NCBI GenBank assembly: GCA_964016885.1
Contig: OZ024741.1
Location: forward strand, 409,944,001 to 410,008,000
Source: Eledone cirrhosa
Taxonomy: Eukaryota
Direction of reading: 5' to 3'
DNA length: 64,000 bases
In this document: positions 43,295-55,473 of the stretch, one piece after another
How positions within the stretch are numbered: the stretch's first letter is position 1
Layout: every line of letters begins with the position of its first letter
Translations under genes and position numbers: made by a program
The notes under the pieces: generated by a model
Told to the model about the DNA's origin: nothing
Databases searched by the model: none
What the model saw: the letters and a program-made list of their open reading frames with translations, nothing else

Positions 43295-43386
43295 GTGCTG
43301 GCCAGTGGATATTTGCGGAGAGTCTCACACCAGACCTTGTCAAGGTATTCCATCTTATTTACAATGTCATATGTGATGTCATCCTC
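43295..43386 (-). CDS. Cytochrome P450 exon (K-helix ExxR)
   Basis: CTGATAG| EDDITYDIVNKMEYLDKVWCETLRKYPLAS(T) AC|GTAAG; not in the ORF track. Confidence 0.93.
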
Positions 43387-43566
43387 CTATCAGACAAAAA
43401 CACAAAAACATTACATCACCACCATCATCATCATCATCACCATCATCATCACCATCATCACCATCATCACAGTAATCATTATCATTTCATGCAGTCGTTC
43501 CCAAACTTTAGTGTCGCCATTTCAACATCTCAAAAATAGGTATGTCTCCCTTTTATATGAAAACAT

Positions 43567-44050
43567 ACTTTTTGTTGTGACCACCTACATGACCACCTTA
43601 CAGTGTGGACTGGGGGCTTTTTGTTGTGACCACCTACATGACCACCTTACAGTGTGGACTGGGGGCTTTTTGTTGTGACACCTACATGACCACCTTACAG
43701 TGTGGACTGGGGGCTTTTTGTTGTGACACCTACATGACCACCTTACAGTGTGGACTGGGGGCTTTTTGTTGTGACACCTACATGACCACCTTACAGTGTG
43801 GACTGGGGGCTTTTTGTTGTGACCACCTACATGACCACTTTACAGTGTGGACTGGGGGCTTTTTGTTGTGACACCTACATGACCACCTTACAGTGTGGAC
43901 TGGGGGCTTTTTGTTGTGACCACCTACATGACCACCTTACAGTGTGGACTGGGGGCTTTTTGTTGTGACACCTACATGACCACCTTACAGTGTGGACTGG
44001 GGGCTTTTTGTTGTGACACCTACATGACCACTTTACAGTGTGGACTGGGT
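43567..44050. repeat. 48/49-bp minisatellite (GGACTGGGGGCTTTTTGTTGTGAC(C)ACCTACATGACCACCTTACAGTGT), about 10 copies
   Basis: Period 48 or 49 bp; homologous to the 31790-32685 unit. Confidence 0.95.
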
Positions 44051-44135
44051 AGTACCAGTAATGTACTGGTGTCAATTTAATTGACATTCCCCTCCCCTAA
44101 ATTGCTGGCCTTGTGCGTAAATCACAAACCATTAT
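44051..44135 (+). mobile_element. SINE 3' fragment
   Basis: AGTACCAGTAATGTACTGG...AATTGCTGGCCTTGTGC...AAACCATTATT matches the tails of the 29.2-30.0 kb copies. Confidence 0.7.
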
Positions 44136-44162
44136 TTGTTATGTTCCAAACAGAAACTTAAT

Positions 44163-44382
44163 AATAGTTTCTGATTTAGGCACAAGGCCAGCAATTTTGG
44201 GGGAGGGGAAAGTCGATTAAATTGACCCCAGTGCATTACTAGTACTTTATTTTATCGACCCTGTAAGGATGAAAGGCCAAATTAACCTCGGCGGGATTTG
44301 AACTCAGACTCGCAAGGGCCGTAACTCTATTCGTCAAACCATGACGTCCGACCTTCTACTGCTTCTGCCAAACCACCGCCCT
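44163..44382 (-). mobile_element. tRNA-derived SINE, same family as 29409-29605
   Basis: Reverse complement of the 29409 copy (GGATGAAAGGCC...CCTCGGCGGGATTTGAACTCAGA...CTGCCAAACCACCGCC). Confidence 0.82.
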
Positions 44383-44407
44383 ATAATAATAATAAAATGT
44401 ATAATAC

Positions 44408-44554
44408 CTTATTGGGAAAGCATTCCATGATTTCATCATAGAGTTTAGCCTGGATGTCTTGGTTGTAAGCAAGTTCATAAGCTGTGTATATAAGGGTGGT
44501 TGCTGTTGTCTCATAGCCAGCCATTAGAAATAGAAAACACTGCGAACGCAGCTC
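44408..44554 (-). CDS. Cytochrome P450 exon (I-helix)
   Basis: TTTTTCAG| [49 protein letters not shown] |GTATT; 147 nt, phase 0/0; not in the ORF track. Confidence 0.95.
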
Positions 44555-44636
44555 CTGAAAAATATTTCACACATTACTAAACATTTATAGTTCAGCGTAT
44601 CTCTTATTTTATTGCCACAGTTACATCATGGAAGAG

Positions 44637-44922
44637 TCATCATCACTATCATCACCACCATCATCATCATCATCACCACCATCACCATCATCACCACCAT
44701 CATCACCATCATCACCACCACCTCCATCATCACCACCACCACCTCCATCATCATTATCACCACCACCATCATCATTATCACCACCACCATCATCATCATC
44801 ACCATCATCATCATCACCATCATTGTAACCACCACCACGATCATCATCATTGTTATCATTGTCACTGTAATCATCATCATCATCATCACCATTGTTATGA
44901 TGGTCACCGTAATCCTCATCAT
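44637..44922. repeat. (CAT/CAC)n trinucleotide microsatellite
   Basis: Continuous CATCACCAT tract. Confidence 0.92.
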
Positions 44923-44998
44923 ATAACATCCATTTTCCATACTAGTATAGGTTGACCGTGTCTTGCTCATACTTAACTGTTTCAAGCTTCATATCTAT

Positions 44999-47900
44999 CA
45001 TACATTACATAGTGTCAACATATATTACACCGTGTCAACATATATTACACCGTGTCAACATACATTACACAGTGTCAACATATATTACACAGTGTCAACA
45101 TACATTACATAGTGTCAACATATATTACACAGTGTCAACATATATTACATAGTGTCAACATATATTACATAGTGTCAACATATATTACACCGTGTCAACA
45201 TATATTACACAGTGTCAACATACATTACACAGTGTCAACATATATTACACAGTGTCAACATATATTACACCGTGTCAACATATATTACATAGTGTCAACA
45301 TACATTACACAGTGTCAACATACATTACATAGTGTCAACATATATTACACAGTGTCAACATATATTACACAGTGTCAACATATATTACATAGTGTCAACA
45401 TATATTACACAGTGTCAACATATATTACATAGTGTCAACATATATTATACAGTGTCAACATATATTACATAGTGTCAACATATATTACACAGTGTCAACA
45501 TACATTACATAGTGTCAACATATATTACACAGTGTCAACATATATTACATAGTGTCAACATATATTACATAGTGTCAACATATATTACACAGTGTCAACA
45601 TATATTACATAGTGTCAACATATATTATACAGTGTCAACATATATTATACAGTGTCAACATATATTACACAGTGTCAACATACATTACACAGTGTCAACA
45701 TGCATTACACAGTGTCAACATATATTACACAGTGTCAACATACATTACAGTGTCAACATATATTACACAGTGTCAACATATATTACACAGTGCCAACATA
45801 CATTACACAGTGTCAACATACATTACACAGTGTCAACATATATTACACAGTGTCAACATACATTACACAGTGTCAACATACATTACACTGTCAACATATA
45901 TTACACAGTGTCAACATATATTACACAGTGTCAACATATATTACACAGTGTCAACATACATTACACAGTGTCAACATATATTACAGTGTCAACATACATT
46001 ACACAGTGTCAGCATACATTACACAGTGTCAACATATATTACATAGTGTCAACATATATTACAGTGTCAACATACATTACATAGTGTCAACATATATTAC
46101 ATAGTGTCAACATATATTACACAGTGTCAACATATATTACACAGTGTCAACATATATTACAGTGTCAACATATTTTACAGTGTCAACATACATTACATAG
46201 TGTCAACATATATTACACAGTGTCAACATACATTACACAGTGTCAACATAAATTACAGTGTCAGCATACATTACACAGTGTCAACATACATTACACAGTG
46301 TCAACATATATTACAGGGTCAACATACATTTCACAGTGTCAACATACATTACACAGTGTCAACATATATTACACAGTGTCAGCATATATTACACAGTGTC
46401 AACATATATTACAGTGTCAACATACATTACACAGTGTCAACATATATTACAGTGTCAACATACATTACAGTGTCAACATATATTACAGAGTGCCAACATA
46501 CATTACACAGTGTCAACATATTACAGTGTCAACATATATTACACAGTTCCAACATATATTACAGTGTCAACATATATTATAGTGTCAACATATATTACAC
46601 AGTGCCAACATACATTACACAGTGTCAACATATATTAGTGTCAACATATATTACAGTGTCAACATATATTACAGTGTCAACATACATTACACAGTGTCAA
46701 CATACATTACATAGTGTCAACATATGTTACACAGTGTCAACATACATTACATAGTGTCAACATACATTACATAGTGTCATCATATATTACACAGTGCCAG
46801 CATACATTACACAGTGTCAACATACATTACATAGTGTCAACATATATTACACAGTGTCAACATACATTACACAGTGTCAACGTATATTACAATGTCAACA
46901 TACATTACACAGTGTCAACATATATTACAGTCTCAACATACATTACACAGTGTCAACATATATTACACAGTGTCAACATACATTACACAGTGTCAACATA
47001 TATTACAGTCTCAACATACATTACACAGTGTCAGCATATATTACACCGTGTCAACATACATTACACAGTGTCAACATACATTACATAGTGTCAACATATA
47101 TTACAGTGTCAACATGCATTACACAGTGCCAACATATATTACACAGTGTCAACATACATTACACAGTGTCAACATATATTACACAGTGTCAACATATATT
47201 GCATAGTGTCAACATATATTACACAGTGCCAACATACATTGCACAGTGTCAACATCCATTACATAGTGTCAACATACATTACATAGTGTCAACATACATT
47301 ACATAGTGTCAACATATATTACACAGTGTCAACATATATTACACAGTGTCAACATATATTACATAGTGTCAACATACATTACAGTGTCAACATACATTAC
47401 ACAGTGTCAACATATATTACAGTGTCAACATGCATTACATCGTGTCAACATACATTACACAGTGTCAACATACATTACACAGTGTCAACATATATTACAC
47501 AGTGTCAACATACATTACACAGTGTCAACATATATTACACAGTACCAACATACATTACACAGTGTCAACATATATTACATAGTGCCAACATATATTACAC
47601 AGTGTCAACATATATTACACAGTGTCAACATACATTACACAGTGTCAACATATATTACATAGTGCCAACATACATTACACAGTGTCAACATATATTACAG
47701 TGTCAACATACATTACACAGTGTCAACATATATTACACAGTGTCAACATACATTACATAGTGTCAACATATATTACACAGTGTCAACATACATTTCGCAG
47801 TGTGAACATATATTACATAGTGTTAACATATATTACAGTGTCAACATATATTACACAGTGTCAACATATATTACACAGTGTCAACATACATTACATAGTG

Positions 47901-50900
47901 TCAACATATATTACACAGTGTCAACATACATTACACAGTGTCAACATATATTACACAGTGTCAACATACATTATATACTGTCAACATATATTATATAGTG
48001 TCAACGTATATTACATAGTGTCAACATACATTACACAATGTCAACATATATTACAGTGTCAACATATATTACAGTGTCAACATACATTACAGTGTCAACT
48101 TATATTACACAGTGTCAACATACATTACACTGTCAACATATATTACAGTGTCAACATACATTACACAGTGTCAGCATATATTACACCGTGTCAACATACA
48201 TTACACAGTGTCAACATACATTACAGTGTCAACATGCATTACACAGTGTCAACATATATTACACAGTGTCATATATATTACACAGTGTCAACATACATTC
48301 CACAGTGTCAACATATATTACACAGTGTCAACATATATTACACAGTGCCAACATATATTACATAGTGTCAACATATATTACACAGTGTCAACATACATTA
48401 CATAGTGTCAACATACATTAAATAGTGTCAACATATATTACACAGTGTCAACATATATTACACAGTGGCAACATATATTACATAGTGTCAACATATATTA
48501 CATAGTGTCAAAATACATTACAGTGTCAACATACATTACAGTGTCAACATATATTACACAGTGTCAACATACATTACACAGTGTCAACATACATTACACA
48601 GTGTCAACATATATTACAGTGTCAACATACATTACACAGTGTCAACATATATTACAGTGTCAACATACATTACAGTGTCAACATATATTACACAGTGCCA
48701 ACATACATTACACAGTGTCAACATATATTACACAGTTCCAACATATATTACAGTGTCAACATATGTTACAGTGTCAACATATATTACATAGTGTCAACAT
48801 ATATTACACAGTGCCAACATACATTACACAGTGTCAACATATATTAGTGTCAACATATATTACAGTGTCAACATATATTACAGTGTCAACATACATTACA
48901 CAGTGTCAACATACATTACATAGTGTCAACATATGTTACACAGTGTCAACATACATTACATAGTGTCAACATACATTACATAGTGTCATCATATATTACA
49001 CAGTGCCAGCATACATTACACAGTGTCAACATACATTACATAGTGTCAACATATATTACACAATGTCAACATACATTACACAGTGTCAACGTATATTACA
49101 ATGTCAACATACATTACACAGTGTCAACATATATTACAGTCTCAACATACATTACACAGTGTCAACATATATTACACAGTGTCAACATACATTACACAGT
49201 GTCAACATATATTACAGTCTCAACATACATTACACTGTGTCAGCATATATTACACCGTGTCAACATACATTACACAGTGTCAGCATACATTACATAGTGT
49301 CAACATTTATTACAGTGTCAACATGCATTACACAGTGCCAACATATATTACACAGTGTCAACATACATTACACAGTGTCAACATATATTACACAGTATCA
49401 ACATATATTGCATAGTGTCAACATATATTACACAGTGCCAACATACATTGCACAGTGTCAACATCCATTACATAGTGTCAACATACATTACATAGTGTCA
49501 ACATATATTACACAGTGTCAACATATATTACATAGTGTCAACATACATTACAGTGTCAACATACATTACACAGTGTCAACATATATTACAGTGTCAACAT
49601 GCATTACATCGTGTCAACATACATTACACAGTGTCAACATACATTACACAGTGTCAACATATATTACACAGTGTCAACATACATTACACAGTGTCAACAT
49701 ATATTACACAGTACCAACATACATTACACAGTGTCAACATATATTACATAGTGCCAACATATATTACACAGTGTCAACATATATTACACAGTGTCAACAT
49801 ACATTACACAGTGTCAACATATATTACATAGTGCCAACATACATTACACAGTGTCAACATATATTACAGTGTCAACATACATTACACAGTGTCAACATAT
49901 ATTACACAGTGTCAACATACATTACATAGTGTCAACATATATTACACAGTGTCAACATACATTTCACAGTGTGAACATATATTACATAGTGTTAACATAT
50001 ATTACAGTGTCAACATATATTACACAGTGTCAACATATATTACACAGTGTCAACATACATTACATAGTGTCAACATATATTACACAGTGTCAACATACAT
50101 TACACAGTGTCAACATATATTACACAGTGTCAACATACATTATATACTGTCAACATATATTATATAGTGTCAACATATATTACATAGTGTCAACATACAT
50201 TACACAGTGTCAACATATATTACAGTGTCAACATATATTACAGTGTCAACATACATTACAGTGTCAACTTATATTACACAGTGTCAACATACATTACACT
50301 GTCAACATGTATTACAGTGTCAACATACATTACACAGTGTCAGCATATATTACACCGTGTCAACATACATTACACAGTGTCAACATACATTACATAGTGT
50401 CAACATATATTACAGTGTCAACATGCATTACACAGTGTCAACATATATTACACAGTGTCATATATATTACACAGTGTCAACATACATTCCACAGTGTCAA
50501 CATATATTACACAGTGTCAACATATATTACACAGTGCCAACATATATTACATAGTGTCAACATATATTACACAGTGTCAACATACATTACATAGTGTCAA
50601 CATACATTAAATAGTGTCAACATATATTACACAGTGTCAACATATATTACACAGTGGCAACATATATTACATAGTGTCAACATATATTACATAGTGTCAA
50701 AATACATTACAGTGTCAACATACATTACAGTGTCAACATATATTACACAGTGTCAACATACATTACACAGTGTCAACATACATTACACAGTGTCAACATA
50801 TATTACATAGTGTCAACATATATTACAGTGTCAGCATGTATTACATAGTGTCAACATACATTACACAGTGTCAACATATATTACATAGTGTCAACATATA

Positions 50901-52047
50901 TTACATACTGTCAACATATATTACAGTGCCAACATATATTACACAGTGTCAACATACATTACATAGTGTCAACATACATTACATAGTGTCAACATACATT
51001 ACACAGTGTCAACATATATTACACAGTGTCAACATACATTACACAGTGTCAACATATATTACATAGTGTCAACATATATTACACAGTGTCAACATACATT
51101 ACACAGTGTCAATATACATTACACAGTGCCAACATACATTACACAGTGTCAACATACATTACAGTGTCAACATATATTACACAGTGTCAACATACATTAC
51201 AGAGTGTCAACATATATTACATAGTGTTAACATATATTACACAGTGTCAACATATATTACATAGTGTCAACATACATTACACAGTGTCAACATATATTAC
51301 ACAGTGTCAACATACATTACACAGTGTCAACATATATTACATACTGTCAACATATATTACACAGTGTCAACATATATTACACAGTGCCAACATATATTAC
51401 GCTGTGTCAGCATATATTACATAGTGTCAACATATATTACATAGTGTCAACATATATTACACAGTGTCAACATACATTACACAGTGTCAACATACATTAC
51501 ACAGTGTCAACATGCATTACATAGTGTCAACATATATTACACAGTGTCAACATATATTACAGTGTCAACATATATTACACAGTGTCAACATATATTACAC
51601 AGTGTCAACATATGTTACATAGTGTCTACATATGCTACACAGTGTCAACATATATTACACCGTGTCAACATATATTACATAGTGCCAACATACATTACAT
51701 AGTGTCAACATATATTACACAGTGTCAACATATATTACAGTGTCAACATATATTACATAGTGTCAACATGCATTACATAGTGTCAACATACATTACACAG
51801 TGTCAACATATATTACACAGTGTCAACATATATTACATAGTGTCAACATATATTACACAGTGTCAACATATATTACACAGTGTCAACATATATTACAGTG
51901 TCAACATATATTACATAGTGTCAACATATATTACACAGTGTCAACATATATTACACAGTGTCAACATATATTACATAGTGTCAACATACATTGCATAGTG
52001 TCAACATATATTACATAGTGTCAACATATATTACATGATGTCAACAT
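44999..52047. repeat. 20-bp minisatellite (AGTGTCAACATATATTACAC) with 18-bp variants, about 360 copies
   Basis: Continuous array with an internal duplication of about 2.2 kb. Confidence 0.97.
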
Positions 52048-52189
52048 TTCATGATGTAGTTTCAGTTTCAACAGTCTCAGATCAAGTCATCTGCCAGATA
52101 TGTTCAACTGGGGTTAAAATGACTCTTCCTTAATGTAATTACTTTAGTTTCAAAACAGCCCCAGATTAAGATATGGGTGAACCTAAGTC

Positions 52190-52282
52190 TATGATAGAAG
52201 ACACTTGCCTAAGGTACCACACAGTGGGAGTAAAGCTGAAACCGTCTGGTTACAAAGTGAACTCCTTAACCACACAGCCATG
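52190..52282 (-). mobile_element. tRNA-derived SINE head fragment (second family)
   Basis: GACACTTGCCTAAGGTACCACACAGTGGGA...CTTAACCACACAGCCA; related pieces near 43050-43130 and 54590-54682. Confidence 0.55.
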
Positions 52283-52308
52283 TATGTACCTAAAATATTA
52301 GTGTTTAA

Positions 52309-53031
52309 TCTCTATATATAAAATTATTTGTCTCTCTGTCTGGCTGTCTTTTCCTTATACATTCTCAAATGGCCTGACCAAATGAAATTAAATTTTACAA
52401 GGTATTAGATTAACAACATAATTTTTATTTTCATTTGGATTAAAACAATATAACATTTTATCTAAAATAATCTTTCTATAGTCAACTCTAATAAACGGAC
52501 GTTTTATAATACGTCACATTTTATATATGAGTGTGTATGTGTCTATAAGAGTGTGTATGTGTCTGTAAGTGTGTGTGTGTGTATATGTCTGTAAGTGTGT
52601 GTATGTGTCTGTATGTGTCTGTGAGTGTGTATGTGTCTGTAAGAGTGTGTGTGTGTGTATGTGTCTGAGTGTGTGTGTCTGTAAGTGTGTGTATGTTTGC
52701 ATGTTCATTGTGTACGTTAGGCCTTAGTAAATTACACACACATCTTCACATAAATATTTAATCAGATACACAGAGAATTAAACACACACATATCTACACA
52801 TGACACAATGAATATTGTTTACCCTGAGGTGCTTCAAAATTGATAGATTTTCATTTCTAAATTCTATTATAATTACAATTTTGATATTATTTTAATAAAA
52901 TATAGATATTTTGAAATAATTAGGAGAAATAATTTGAAATAATTACGAGAAAAAAAATATCTTCATATTTATTGTTTACTAATCTGAATAAGAACAGCCG
53001 TAATCCGGGCAACACCAGGTCATTCAGCTAG
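52309..53031 (+). mobile_element. Non-autonomous Helitron
   Basis: 5' TC(TCTATATATAAAA); 3' imperfect hairpin CCGGGCAACACCAGG followed by CTAG; inserted between A (52308) and T (53032) with no TSD; internal GT-rich tract. Confidence 0.68.
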
Positions 53032-53058
53032 TAAACTATAAAATACTTAACAACTTAC

Positions 53059-53196
53059 CAATAATGAGAGTTTTGCATATTTATATTTTGGCTCTTGACT
53101 GTTTTGTGATGCCGTATCTGGCATTTGGAGAGAATCTTCATCATGGGTTAGTTTATTGGCTTCTATCATCATATGAAGTAGATCCATACGTGATAC
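53059..53196 (-). CDS. Cytochrome P450 exon (H-helix region)
   Basis: TTACAG| VSRMDLLHMMIEANKLTHDEDSLQMPDTASQNSQEPKYKYAKLSLL |GTAAG; 138 nt, phase 0/0; RxDLLxxM motif. Confidence 0.88.
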
Positions 53197-54354
53197 CTGT
53201 AATTATATAATATATAGGTCAGTCTATATAATATAAAGATCTGACTATAGAATGTATAGGTCAGTATATAGAATATATGGGTCATTATATATAATGAGAG
53301 GTCAGTTTATGCCAGTGTATAGCCTATGTACAGGTCAGTCTATATAATGTACAGGTCAGTTTATATATATATATGAATAGGTATATTTTTGTCTATCATT
53401 TCCTCATATTTTGTAATTTGATAAATAGTTCTGATTATCGAGTTATTTTAATTATTTTGATTAATTTAGCTCTTTCAGTCTTCGAGCAAAACTGGTTAAG
53501 GTGGACACCATGCACACACGTATACATATGAATATATATATATATATATATTTACTTTACCATAGGGGAGTTTGAGACTATACAATATATATGTATGTGT
53601 GTATTTCATTATTATATTGTCTCAGTTAACCAGAGAGTGTACCAACTGCTTTTTCTAGCAATTACGATATTCACTTTCTGTCCACCTAGCTACCCATTTG
53701 TGACCTCTGTATCATGTATTAATGTCTCCCTTTGCCTCTTGAGATATTTTCACTTGCTACAAAAGAACCTGTCCTTTTTCTTGACTGATGTATCATGTGT
53801 TAATTCTTCCCTCCGTCTAAAGAGTTTTTCTCACTTGTTACAAACACGTTGGGAAAACAGTCCCTTTTCTGAGGTGTCTCTTGAAAATCTGATTTGGCTC
53901 ACAACGATGATGCATTTCTATAATGCACAGAGTAGCACAAGGATCAGTGAAACTGCAGTCAGGACTTTGAAGAGAAAATAGGTATATTTTTGTCTATTAT
54001 TTCCTCATATTTTGTAATTTGATATATGTATATATATCATCATCATTGTTTAACGCCCATCTTCCATGCTAGCATGAGTTAGTATATATATACATATATA
54101 TATACATGTAGCAATATCTGTAGATGTGAAAAGGAAAAAGGAAAACAGTGCTCAATGAGGAAGAGAGCAGAAATATATTATCTATTTATGTTCATAGATG
54201 GAAGTAAAGTGCTACCCAAGGTTTCAAGTATAAGATTATACTCGTGCCTGAAGATAGGTCACAGTTTTGATGCTGGAGATATGGTCAATACTGGCCCTTG
54301 AAGCCTTGGGAGGTGCTTTTGTTCCAGGTATGGACATAAATAATATAATATCAT

Positions 54355-54685
54355 TTCATTCATTTCATTTTACGTCCACCTTTCCCTGCTTGCAAGGGTG
54401 GGACGGGAACTGATTCTGGCTTGATTTCTACAGCTGGATGCCCTTCCTAACACCAACCTCATTTACAGTGAGTGCTGGGTGCTTTTTTGCCGTGGCACCT
54501 CCACGACCACTTTGCAGTGGAATGATATGGACCCCAGTCCCTATCATCTCATTTCTACAGCTGAGTAAACTGGAGCAATGTGAAATAAAGTGTCTTGCTC
54601 AAGGAAACAACACATCACCCGGTCTGAGAATTGAACTCACAACCTTTCGATTGCAAGGCCAATGCCCTAACCACTAAGCCATGTG
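54355..54685. mobile_element. Dispersed repeat/SINE pieces (GGATGCCCTTCCTAAC family plus a reversed tRNA-SINE head)
   Basis: GTTTCTACAGCTGGATGCCCTTCCTAACACCAAC...TTTACAGTG...GGGTGCTTTT also occurs at about 31745, 35425 and 38095. Confidence 0.6.
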
Positions 54686-55121
54686 CAATAGAAAATAATA
54701 GGTTTCTTAGAACCCTCTAAGAAATGAAAAAAAGATGAGTATTGACGTTTTTCCATTTCTTACAGGGTTCTAAACCCCACTATCAGGCTAAAATTTCTTT
54801 AGTCAAAAAAAAAAAAAAAAATATGGTGAAAACTTCTATTTCTTATTTCAAACTTGCTCAGTGTTTCAAAAACAAACTTACTTATCATATATATAGTAGA
54901 ATAAAACAAGGACAATTAGTTACTCCTTCATTACGTTTATTGGTTGGTGACGCCGTTTCGCTACTGATCAGCTCAAGGTTTGATCTGTATCGATCTAGCC
55001 CGACTCTGTAATCCATTCTGTATTACACTCTGTCTAGCTCTACACCTCGACACAGAAGTGAACCTAAACATCGAGTGCTCACCCGGGTGAACCTACAGTA
55101 ACTCCAAGTTACACTCCCTGG

Positions 55122-55167
55122 ATATATATATATATATAGATATACATACTTATATACATATATATAT

Positions 55168-55222
<55 letters not shown>
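55122..55222. repeat. (TA)n/(CA)n microsatellite bounding the Penelope-like element
   Basis: Direct reading. Confidence 0.9.
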
Positions 55223-55225
<3 letters not shown>

Positions 55226-55426
55226 TTAGTTATACTATTTATGGTTATGCAAATACAAAACCTTGAGCAGTTGTAAGTATTTTACACACACCCTAAATAG
55301 TGGTAGGCAGTAATGTATTACTACCTTATTACCAGTAAGTTAAGTAGCTCAATGTAAAAACATCAGATGATTTACAGAGCAGTTATATGAAATATAAGAA
55401 TCAAAGAACTGCTCAAAACATTATTG

Positions 55427-55473
55427 TGCTTACAGCTGTTTCCTCCAAACCGAGGTTTGGATTCTTCGGAGCA
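55427..55473 (-). ncRNA. Minimal type-I hammerhead ribozyme motif (variant core)
   Basis: Minus strand reads TGCT-CCGAAGA-A-TCCAAACC-TC-GGTTTGGA-G-GAAA-C-AGCT-GTA-AGCA: stem I TGCT/AGCA, perfect 8-bp stem II, palindromic stem III ACAGCTGT and a GUA site. The core is CCGAAGA rather than CUGANGA. Confidence 0.7.

Noticed and set aside
44612-44985. Asp/Gly-, Met/Val- and Ser/Pro-rich ORFs
   Set aside because: Translations of a (CAT/CAC)n microsatellite.
44952-52018. VSTYITQCQH-type ORFs
   Set aside because: Translations of the 20-bp minisatellite.
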